Source of the DNA: Klebsormidium nitens
Lineage: Eukaryota > Plantae > Klebsormidiophyceae
NCBI GenBank assembly: GCA_000708835.1
Contig: DF237104.1
Span: 1 to 64,000 of the forward strand
Direction of reading: 5' to 3'
DNA length: 64,000 nt
Shown piece by piece: positions 39,976 through 56,900 of the stretch. Position 1 is the first letter of the stretch. Each line of letters begins with the position of its first letter. Made by a program: the position numbers and the translations under genes. The notes under the pieces are model-generated. The model ran no database searches. It saw only the letters and a list, made by a program, of their open reading frames with translations, and was not told the DNA's origin.

Positions 39976-40630
39976 ACTTGAAGCAAAGCAAGAGGAGGAA
40001 AGTGCATGCAGAATGAACAGCTGACTCCTCAGCTCCACGCGCTTCTACTCTAAGCTGTTTGTACGATGCCCCTTTGTACGATGCCCCTATGTACGATGCC
40101 CCTCTCTGGCGACTCTACACAATGCGCCAGCGCCCAGTGCTAACAATCTCTGCTGAGATGCTGTTCAATTTCAAATGTGCTGCCACTGCTTCTTCAGAGT
40201 GGACATGAGAAAGCCACTCACCCAGCTACGCCTCTGAGTCTAGCTTGCAGGTTGACCAAAAAGACCCTATTCTAGGGTTTCAAACACAGGGCCCATTCTC
40301 TGGCCCTTAATTATGCTGATTTAGAGGCCTCGTCAGAAAGCATTTTGCATATCTGAGCGGATTAGTAGAAACCTACCTTCCAGGGTTTCGGGTTTGCAGA
40401 TTTCTTGCACAGTCAACTCATTGAATTGTGTTCTTTGCCCCAATGTGAGAGAAGAAACGCATTGCTCGATGGCAGATATCAAATTTTGCCTTCCTGTCCG
40501 TCCCCACTGGAACTTGAAGTGAAGAGCCATTTCTTCTCCGAAGGAGGGAGGCTCGTCTGGCAGATGGCAAGGTGGTGAAGCAGAAAACAATGGGTCCCTA
40601 AAAGTTTGTCACAGACGGGCTTCATCTGCG
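39976..40630. promoter_or_regulatory. Putative bidirectional promoter between NECAP (-) and glycerol kinase (+)
   Basis: Head-to-head gap of about 0.65 kb. Perfect telo-box TAGGGTTT at 40273-40280 next to site-II-like GGCCCA at 40290-40295. A second AAACCCTA lies in NECAP intron 1 at 39849-39856. Confidence 0.55.
40059..40103. repeat. 15-bp triple tandem repeat (T/A)TGTACGATGCCCCT
   Basis: Three consecutive copies read directly, about 85-130 bp upstream of the NECAP ATG. Confidence 0.92.
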
Positions 40631-40846
40631 ATGTTCATGCGTGCTAAAAGGCTGTTTTCTGGCATCAACTCCGTGCTATGTGAGAGCCTTCGAACCCGCG
40701 TACTGAGTGCCAATTGCCAAAACCTGCTGAGTGGTCAGATTGCCCCCATTCAATGCAGCTTAAGTAGTTCTCAGTCATCAGCATTTGCTCAGCAGATTGA
40801 AGCAGCCATTTCTCAGTTGAGAGCAATCTCCTTTAAGTCTGGGGCC

Positions 40847-46344
<5,498 letters not shown>

Positions 46345-47930
46345 GGTCGACTTGGGTGATCCCCGAGTGCTGAGCAAAAACTTAGTTCGAGCACGAGACG
46401 GCGATGATCGTTGAGAGGTCATAAGTGATTTCCTAACAACCCGTAGATTGAGGTGCTGGTCGCTTTCGAGATCTTGGCGGCTGGAATAGAATCCTACCTT
46501 ATAACGTACAACCCAATTCTCATCACACTTGTATGAGGCTGTCCTGATTTACAAAGCATGCACGATCAGCTTGGCAACATGCATGTACTTCAATCATGAT
46601 GGAACCTGGAACCATGACACGTTTGAACGTAAATCGAATCAACTCTCAATTGCCTGGACATGCATGCCGCCCCTATAGCGAGCACTACTAATCAGACCTC
46701 AGCTAATTAAGGGGAATCCTAGTGTCTTGAGTCAGTCTTCATTATCTTACATGGTATGACATGCATGAGATTTACGGACTGATAGCTACAGTCTCTCATG
46801 TGCATGCTTCAGACAGTTACAGCATGTTCCGCTGAAGCTGATTCGATGGGAGATATAATGCGAGGCGCCTGCCCTGATCGAAAGCTGGCTCAGTGCTCCG
46901 ACGCACCGTCGCGGCATGCGGGTCGATAAACATGCAATCGACGCCGCACGTCATGGCAAAACTCGCTCCGTGGCTGCATGTTTAGCTGAACTTAGGACAA
47001 TCAACGCCATATTCTTCACCTACAATGAGCTTTCAAGCCGCGGCGGCATGCAGGTCGATCGGGAATGATCGCAGCTAGCTCTCGTACCACGGCCAGATTG
47101 AATCAGAGAGAGCGACGAGCATATGCGTGCGCAGACCAGCTATAGTAGAGGGGGGACCATGCTCTCTTTGATTTCACGAATGATGTCAAGGCCACGATCC
47201 TACGATCACAGTCGAATTCAGTGGAAGGGCTTCTGTAGCAAGTACAGATGCCATGAACCACTGTACTTACTCACTTGTTTATCCGTCAAACAAAAGTGGT
47301 TTACATACACTGCGCCAAAGTCCCAAAAGCTTTCAGTGTCCTTTGTTCGCAACTCAGTACGGGCCTAGCCTAACATTGACTCGCCCTGCGGACTCACGGG
47401 GGCGTCTTGACCCTTTTAAAGGCGCGCGCACTGCCATCACCCGCGACCTTGCCTCTGCCGACTAAGCTTGAGATGCACGTGGCAAGCTTCCTGATACTTC
47501 ACTGGTTCCGGCATAATACCTGAAGGACTGAAGGGGCGAAAACGGAACCTGTTTGCCTACGTTCTTACTCACAGCTGATTTTGGCAGATGCGGTCTTCGC
47601 TCCCTTCTAGATACTAAGTCACCGGCTGCATAGATCTCTTTGCAGCTTCTATTCAGTGGTCACAAAAGAAATATCAAACTCTCGTCGCGGATCCGCTCAC
47701 GCTTCTAGTTGAATTCACTAAGTATATCTCACGATTCTCTCAACTCCCGTGTCAAACTTGCTTTCTCCTCCTTCGGAAGGCTCGGCTAAATATCGACGTG
47801 CTATTACTTCTCGAAGAGCTCATTTCTTCGCGTGGTTGGGCCGCCGTTGTCGGAGTCAGCGCCGTCCGAACCCTCTGCACGACGCGTCGCAAAGCATCAG
47901 CCAGCATCAAGATAGAAGGCTGCGACTAAC

Positions 47931-50900
47931 TCAAGATGAGTGGTTACGACCCCGGAGATTGTAGGGACCTAAAATTCCTATACATTCAAAGAGACACAGA
48001 GGCTTGAAGCACCTTCAGGTGCACGGCTCAACCTCCATTCTGCTTCAAGCGAAGCTCCACCTCTGCAGAATCCTGGACTAGGCGCCAATTCGATGCGTAA
48101 GCAGAACTTTGTGTTCATAAAGTCCAAATCCTGCACATCCAGAATCCTCTGAAAGTCCCGGACCCTGACCCTCACCGTCCCCGTCATCCATGCCGAAGTT
48201 TTCTTCCTCCTCGCGTCCCTCGACTTCGTGAATCTAAAGATTCCAACTTCAGAAGTGGAGTCTTGGGATTCTTGCCAGACTTCGACACCCCAAATCTCCA
48301 AGATCCTGAAACCCCGGAAGTCAGAGACTCACCGTCTCCGTCATCCATGCCGTCATCTTCCTCGTCCTCACGTCCCTCCGGGATGACGCTCCGCGCGAGA
48401 CCGCCGGCGGCCAGATCGCTGTGAATGGCATCCAGCCGGCCGTGCAGCAGGTCCCCGATGTCGCGCATGCGCAGCTCCAGGTTGCGGACGGCGTCCTGTC
48501 CGGAAAGGGGGTAACATTTTGTCCCAAAAGCGGTCGAGTTCTGTCCGAAAAGCAGTAACGTTCTTTCCGGAAGGCAGAAACTTACTGTCCGGAAACAAGA
48601 TCGCGCTCTCACAAAAGCGAAAACGTCTTTCCGAAAGGCTAGAGGACTCTGTCCGAAAAGCAAGAGGAACTGTGTCCGAAAAGGAGTACTCTGTCCGCGA
48701 CGCAAAAACGTTATGTCCGAAAAGCAGGAACACTCTGTCGAAAAGCAGTAAGCTCCCTTCTGATGGACTTCGGACGCTGTTTGATGGCACTCTGCTCAAT
48801 TGTGTGACACCGTCCTCTTCGGAAAGCAGAACCATTCTGTCCGAAATGCAAAAAGAACTCCTGGGTGGACTATGGACGGTCGGTGACAAGTGCTACGTGC
48901 CAACCCGTTGTGAAGCTCACCTTGAGTTCCAAGAGCTCCGCGTTCTTTTTGGGCTTCTTGGGCTGCTTGAACTGCTTCTTCACGTGCTCGCCGTACTCGA
49001 CCAGGATCTGCTTCGCGATCCGCTCCGGCCGGTCCGCCGAGCCGTCGCGGTCCTGCAAAAAAGCGCGTGACGTCAGCGGTGCGGGGGTTTCGGAGTTGCT
49101 TCTCGGTACGTACCCGGGTCACGGCGCTTTCGCCTCTTCTGGTACGGCATTTATACGCAGTTGACAAGAGAGACTCTGGTCCTGGGGACCCTTAAAACGC
49201 AGGGGATGCTTTCGACGGGGTGCTGGAAGCGTCCAAACGCGGGCAGTACAGGGTTCTGACGAAATCCGGAAAGTCCGGACCTGATGTATTGCAAACTGGC
49301 GCTGCAACATGTTGTCCCTTCATTTTAAGGGCCCTAGCTAGATACCGACGACTCTCTTTGTCGACCGACCATGTGCCATCTCGTGCCTTTACTACGAATG
49401 GATACCGCACGGTCCGGTACGTACCATTTGTAGATACTCGAGACCAAATACCAGCCCACTTCATTATTCTTGATCGCCAACCTGTCGTGAAAAACGTGCC
49501 TCTATCTGGCCACCGGTCTAACCGGCTCCTGCGATGGACACTCGGCCGAAATCGACCAATCAATAGGGAGCCAGCTTTGACTTTCTCGACACTATATCAT
49601 TTCGAGAGGCGCACCTCGAACGGGTCCTGCGTGTAGGCACTGTACCCGGATTCGACCAATCAAATGCCATTCCGAACTCATACAACTCTGTAAAAAACGC
49701 ACCTCCATCTGGCAGCGCCTCTCGAAGATACTCTGCAGCGACTCGCCGTCGATGTTCTTGCCGTCCAGCTTCAGCACCAGCTCGCTCTCCTCCTCCGCCT
49801 CCTCCTCGTCGTGAGTGTCAAGCTCCTTACACTGCGAGCAGTCAGCGAAGAATTGACACCAGAGGAGCAAAAGGCCGTCGGGGCTTTCGTCCTGCTGGCT
49901 AGTTGAGATGGCCTTTGTTGTCCGGTGATGCAGCGAAAATGGATACGGACCACAAACGAAGTGTGGAACGGTACGAGGACGAACGTCCAAAAACGAATTG
50001 ATATCTGTACGGAAGGGACCAACATCCTTTTGATGGACTCTGCGCAAAACGAAAGAGGATATGCCATAAGGCAGGATGAGTAACATCGCCTTTTGAGGAC
50101 GTCCTGAATCAGTAGCTCCAAGCAGGAAACCTGCTAAAGTTCAACCGAAAGCTATGTGAAAGACGCGAAAGTTTTAAATTGAAACTCGACACGACGAAAA
50201 TTACCTCAAGGAGTTCCGGCTGCTGTGAACTCAGTCCACTCTGGCCAAGATGTTCGGAACAACTCGTACTGGTGCATCCAGTCGTTTGGTCACACGTTCG
50301 CAGGGATCGAGGGCGACCGCACAGGCGGTCCGCTCACCTTCGCGTCGCCGGCTTTGGTCGCGCCGCAGCGCGCCTTTCGCCGCCAGACCTTGAGCTGCTT
50401 GAGCAACTTCCTCTGCGAGAGCCGCTTGTTGACGACGGATTGGATGTACCAGTACGCGTACTCCGCGATTTCTTCCGGCATTGTGGGGGCGGTTTCGGTC
50501 TTCTCCTGCAGGCAGAATCAACCCCCCGAAAATTTTCAGTAGGCGGAAGCAAGCCCCCCAAAACGTTGAAGAATGTGGACCCAACCCCCCGGAATGCTTC
50601 ATTCAAACGATGCCTTATACGTTCGCGGGATAGTTACGACCTACATTGAGGGGTTTAGGGTTGTGTAAAAGTAAGGAAAGCCTCAGGGCGCCCTAGCAGT
50701 AAGGGCTGTACTGCAACCAGCGCACTACTATATTTTAGACTTGTTCCGAAAGATATGTAGATACTCCAATTGACAATGTGTGTTTGTTGAGGTCTCCGGT
50801 CCAATCTCGACCACAATATTGAGTCAGAAAACAGGTGAAGAGCCGGAGACATGTGGAAGAAGGCCGTTTGGTCGACTGCCGGAACCGCTTCTTGTAACGA

Positions 50901-53900
50901 GCGCAGCAGAGCGAAGCCGTGAGTGTCTTGCCCTCATTGTTTCCCGGTCAATGCCGTGTAGGTTCGAGAGGCGTACTGACCTTGACATCCACAAAGGCGT
51001 CGACTGCAATCGCAATCCTGCAAGATAAAAAGCAGTGTTTCAGGGCCTGCAGTAAAAGCCAACCGGTGATATAGGTAAGTGTGCCAGACTTGCCCTCAGG
51101 TTTCCCGAACGGATTGGCTCTGTCTCTGGGATTGCCTGCGTCGCGACCATGGATCCAAAAGCGGAAGAAGGGCAAATGTAACTGAAGGGTCCGGTTCTCA
51201 GTAAGTAACATGGATCGTTCGACAGCTTTTGTCGAGACGAGACAAATGAGGACAGCGCTTTGATGACGGTAGCTCTTAGGATGCTCCCATCGATATGCGA
51301 AAAGACCACAAGGTAGGGTGTGAATCACTCACAGGAAGTTCATAATGATGAAAACGATGAACCAGTTGAAGGTCCAGAAGAAGAATTGGCCGGCACCGAA
51401 CTCCCAACCTTGAAGCGTCATCAAGTTATATTCAAACTGCAATACAGAAGAGCTAGTGAGTCAGGATCGTTCTTCAGCACTTGTCGTTACCAATCAAGCA
51501 CTAGCGCTGAACTTGGCTGGATGCAGGGTAGACCGGAAGTGATCTACATTACATCTCCGGAAGGAGGACACGTGTGAAAGTCTTCTGAGAAGGAAGGGCA
51601 ATAAACCTGATTGCGGTATCTCGGAAATTTGCTTCCTGGCTCACTCGAAGATCGAAAAAGTGCTTCCATGGCTCACTCGAAGAGCGCAAAGTATATCGGT
51701 GGCAGCTAGAAAGGGCGACGACCTACCGATGTGTCTCCGAGGATCAAGAGGAAACAACTCGTGATGGACCACCCCAAGCTGCGGAACTGCGAGGGAAGAA
51801 ACGTGAAAGCTCAGGGACAAAATGTCGTTTTCCTCCTGAATAGGCCTCCAAAAGTCTTTGGCAATCTTGCGAAAGGAAGAGCAGAACGCACGGGGTTGGA
51901 GGCCATGTCAAATGACTGTTGGACTCACAAGCAGCCGCTTCCTGAGTCAGTGAAGGCATGAAAAGATCACGGAAACGAAGTACGCAGACGGAATATATGC
52001 AGGAAGGGCGGTCCAGCCTGCTTTTCCACTCAGGAAAGAGTTTGCAGGCCAAAAGCGAACGATTCCGGTTTTCCTCAGATCCGTCACGTTCTAGGCGCAC
52101 GACACCTTTCAGAAGCAGTGGATGCCTTTAGTCAGTCGCTTCTGACGAAGTCGGTCCTCTTCTCCGAGCTTATGAAAACCCTCCAGTTATCTCAATCAAA
52201 GATTTTTTACGAGCTCTTTGTAGCAATACTCCTTGCCGAAAAACACGTCGTTTCTCGAAAACAATTCGCCCACAGAGCAGATTCAGATCTCTGACACCCA
52301 TTGTTGATTCCAATGCGGCTAGGAGAATTTAGGATAGGATGTGAGGCGACGGGCGGGCGCTCACGAAGTCGACGGAGCGTCCGAAGACGATGTGGCCCAT
52401 GAAGGAGTAGCCCAGGAAGACGATGGTCCACAGGATGAAGAAGTTGAGGATGTCGGGGCCCGCCTCCACCAGCGTCCGCGTCAGAACGCCCATGCGCGGC
52501 TGGAAGTGCATGTGCTTCAGGATGCGCAGGATCATGAAGAAGATGCTGCGAGAAAATGAAGAAAGAGATTGTTTTATGGCTCCGTTGACAATGAAAAGGG
52601 AGTTTGGGAGTTTGAGAATAGGTGGGTATGTGCTTCAAAGTGCGCAGAATCATGAAGAAGATGCTGCAGGAAAGCGGGGCAAGAGCTTGTTTCACGGTTC
52701 TGTTGACACATTAAAAAGGACTGTTGAGTTTGAGAACAGGCATTCGCTCTTCTGCGCATGATCATGAAGACGATACTGCTGCGGGGGTGGGAGGACAGCT
52801 GTTATAGGGCGTGATTGGTTTAGCCTCTCCTGTTTTAAATCAGATAATGACATGTGCAAACCTCAGGATGTGCGGCTTACAAGAGATAATGTGTGGAACA
52901 GGGAGAGGGCTTTATGCTCGGCTCCGTTGAAAGCAAAACAGAAAGGTTTGGAGGTCAAGAATGGGTGGGAAATATGCTTCAGGATGGCGCAATGAAGAAG
53001 GTGCTGCGCGCGGGAGCAAGGAAAGCGCTCATCTGACGGCTCGAAAGGATGGCAACAATTTCCAGTCAGCATGGCGCTCACTTGATCCCGTTGATGCCCG
53101 CGTACACGGCGTCATACGAGATGAGGTAGTGGACCTTCTCGAGGAGGTGCGTGAAGTCGTGCAGCTCGGAGCCGTCCTTCTTGAGCTGGAAGAAGCGCGC
53201 CGGCTGCGTCAGGCTCTCGTAGATCTCGTAGCGCGCGCGCGCGTGGAACGTGGGCGCCAAATATGCCACGAAGACGATCCTGCGAAGGTGGATTGTAGAT
53301 TAGATGACGTCAAATGGCCTCTGATTATAGTATTAATATGGAAAGAGATGCAGCTCAGGCGGTCGTAGACCTCGTAGCGCCCGTTTGCGTGGGATGTCGG
53401 CGCCAGATATGCGAAGAAGGGGACTCTGTGAGGGCGGAAGGGATGCGGAAGTTTCGTTGAGAAAGAAAAGAAGAGCGGAAACGTTGGCGGTTGAAGTTGG
53501 CAAAGGGCTGTTCAGATGATCACATTCTACCGCGAGGCCCGCAGAACGATGTGCCGGAACTCAGAAGGCTGTTTGTTGGGGAGAACAGCGCGTAGTTAAA
53601 GGGAAAGTCGCACAAAAGAGAAGGACTGGTTCTACGATGATGGCAGAAAACGGAGGAAGTACCACGCATGCCGGCGTAAAGAAGGCGAGAGACTGGAAGA
53701 AGGGCAAATTATCCGCGCTCGAAACTCTGAAAGGGGTTTCAGATTGTTGCGAACAGCACTCCGTGGCACTACTTCACACTGATGTTGGACCGGCTGCTCG
53801 CAGAAGTTGCTGAGGTCATCCCTTGTTTTGCTCCTTCATCAAAAATCGTCGCAGAAATTGCAAGGCACCGCAGGAAGTTGCTGACAAGTAGCAATACTAA

Positions 53901-56900
53901 TCCGAATGAAGTCAACGGATGTCCTCTCCAAAAGAACGCAAAGATACTCATGGGCGCACAACCAGCGCAGGCTTCCGACAAGCTCGTCAGCCGCGCGACA
54001 ACAAATCCTCCGAATCGTGAAGATGCAAGACGGCAGTCAAGCGCGGAAAGACAAGCCTCACCTCATAACGACGGCCGTCACGAGCAGCGTGAGCGACGCG
54101 AGGTCGATGTAGTTCCATGCCTGCGCGAAGTAGGGCCAGAAGGTGCCCTTCTTCCGCCGGATCGAGATCGCTTCCGCGATCTCCTTGTAGGCCCCGAAAA
54201 AGATGGAGCACGCCACGATGATCTCCAAACACGCCAGCAAGTAGTCAATCGGCCGCCGGTAGGGCTGCACGTCAGTAGTATCGTTTTTCGGTTAGAATAC
54301 GGCGCATTTGAGATACATGGTTTACTGCCAGGGGGATGGGTGAGGTTAATCTAGGGGTTTAGGGTACTGGGTGCGGATAAGGAGCGGGTGGGTTTGTTTC
54401 CAGATTTTTGGTTTAGTGCGTCGTCCCGGTTTCCGTTTTGCATCTCAACCCGGTTTCTCCTTTGTACCTCAACCTGGCTCATGAACCCGACCTGAACTCC
54501 AAAACTGACCTGCACGTCCACCGCGTTGATGTTGGTGTTGACCGCGATCTTGCCCGCGCGCTGGAAGGTCAGCCGGACCTCCGTGCTCACGAAGAAGTGG
54601 CTCTCGCCTGGAAGAGGGGACGGAGTGAGAAGGGGTCCAAGGTCTTGTTATCGCGAGAGGCGGGGAACCAATACGAAGGGAGATTTTAGGATCAGCGGCT
54701 CTTGCCTGTTGGGGTGCAGGTAAAATCAGGGGGAAGACCACATGCGATGAATCTTTTGGGGGAGTGGAAGGCAGATGAGGATTGCACATTTCTGGACAAT
54801 ATGTCAAACACAGAGAAGCATCTTTTTGGACCTTGCTCTGCTTGAATCTTGCTTGGAAGAAAGCTGAGAAGTACTTCTCATGATACTAGCGCCTGCGGCT
54901 GAAGCAGAGAGCATGAATGACCCACTGGAAAAGAGGGTCGGCGCAATGAATGCTGGTTTGCGTGACAGATCGTATCGCATCGGGGCATACCTCTTTCACA
55001 GATACCACCGATATATTTGGGCAAGAGACGGTTGGGCGGTAGGCAGCGGTGCCACGACGATAGCTACGCGTCGGGACTTCGTCCAGGGAGCAGAACGCTC
55101 GAGTGTACTTCCGAATGAGCGACAAAGGTATAAGTCGGCGGATTTTCAAGCTACTACAGGGACTGAAATTTATGGTACAGTAGTGTGCCAGCTCACCGTT
55201 GTACGTGACCAAGTGCAGCAGTAGGCTGTCGGTAGCGTTGTCCAGGAACAGCCCGTCGGCCAGCGTTTGCAACCGGGCCTGCGCCCCGGCCTGGTCTAAG
55301 TTGATGTCGAAGACTATAGGGAAGCCCGGGTCGCCCTTCCCCGAGTCCTCGCTGTAAAAGCCCATGGGGACCCCGAGGAATGTGATCTCTTCCGGGGAGT
55401 AATAGTCACCGATGTTGGCGACCTGGTCCGGGTTGAACAGAGATGACGTCGGCACGAAGACGGGGTCCACGCCGAAGGGCGCGATGGACTCTCCGTCGAT
55501 GCAGTACTGGAAGAGGCTCAGGAATCTGCGTCGGGACAAGGGAGTGGGGACAGTGGGTACGGGTCAGGCAGTTTCAGAGAATGTATAATACTGGTGGAAG
55601 TAACCAACTGGGGCCCGAAGGGGCTCGAAACAGATTAAAGGGGCGGTGGGGGTCCAGGCAGGGATGAGCAGCACGCAGAGAAGCAAGTGTGAAGGTGGGG
55701 CCTCTTCGAGCAACTCAAACAGGTGCGGAGTCTGTGACAACGGAAGAAAAGCAGGTACGGCAGGGTCAGAGCGAAACAAGGGAAAAATTTGATTACAAGC
55801 CAGTGAGGGGCTTACCGTTTGTCTTTGCAAAGCTCTCCTCCGTATCTCTTCTGCCTCATGTACAGGCCCCCAATAATTCTGCAGAAAGATTCAGAGCACA
55901 TTTCATGCAAGTGAATCAGGACGCGATCGCTAATAAGACGAACTGCGAGATTGTCGATCAAGCCTTCGTTGAGCGTGAAAGAAACAGGACCCTTGCGTTC
56001 AGGGAAAGAAGCTGCAAACTATTTCGTACCTGTTGTGATTGGTCGCGTAGCGGGTCCTTGTGCAGTTGCTGGGGTCGAAAAGGGACTCCTGGTTGTTCAC
56101 AATCACCACTTCAAAGGTCGCACGGTAATCCTGGCCGATCGGTTCTGCTTGGCAGCACGCTGCAGAATATGAAAGAGGCAATTTCGATCGCGCAATCTGA
56201 AGGAGAGGAGAGGATAGAAGAAACGAAGTCTTTCCACAAACCCGTGAAGGACTAATTTGGATCCTCGGGGATGCTTCAATCGGATAGACTGCGCTACAAA
56301 AGTATCACGGTAAAGGTGGCGAATATACGATCTTGACCTATCAATTATGGTCAAGATCGGGAAAATCCAGGATCAAAAGAAGATGGAAAATAGAATTAAT
56401 TGGAAACAAGGTAAGGTGGGTCGCTTTAAGGCAACACCTTGAGACGGCATGAGCCTTGCAGCGTCAGAGTTTTGTGAAACTTTTGCCGTATCCCTTTCGA
56501 TACTAATCAGAAACTCGCTTACGAGCACGTCAGCAAAGACTCTACAGGCTGACAAGGCAGACGTACCGCCGTCGTCGCTCCTGATCTGTCCCGGGGGGCA
56601 CTTGCACAGGTTGTTGGTTCCGCTTCCGCCGGAGGTGGTCGCCAGCACGGTCGCCGGATCCGGGCAGGAGCAGTCCCCGCCGTCGAAAGCGCACTCCACG
56701 GAATTGCAGCCGAAGCTGGCGCCGCAGCGACCGTTGGCCAGCAAGCGGATGGGACACCCGGGCGCGCACTCGCGCTGGTCCTCAGTTGTCACCGTTTCTG
56801 CGCGCCAACGTCTTCTGAATCGTGACTGTCGTTCGCAAATCATATTTTCCTGTTCAATCGCTCAGCTCCCAACACAAATCCTCTCAAATACTGCATTTGC

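Noticed and set aside
49730-49790. EF-hand in the PKD2 C-tail (LKLDGKNIDGESL)
   Set aside because: Only the ..ID.. half resembles the loop; canonical positions 1, 3, 5 and 12 do not fit.
54350-54370. Interstitial telomere-like TTTAGGG (also near 50655)
   Set aside because: Single or degenerate copies only, consistent with chance or telo-boxes.
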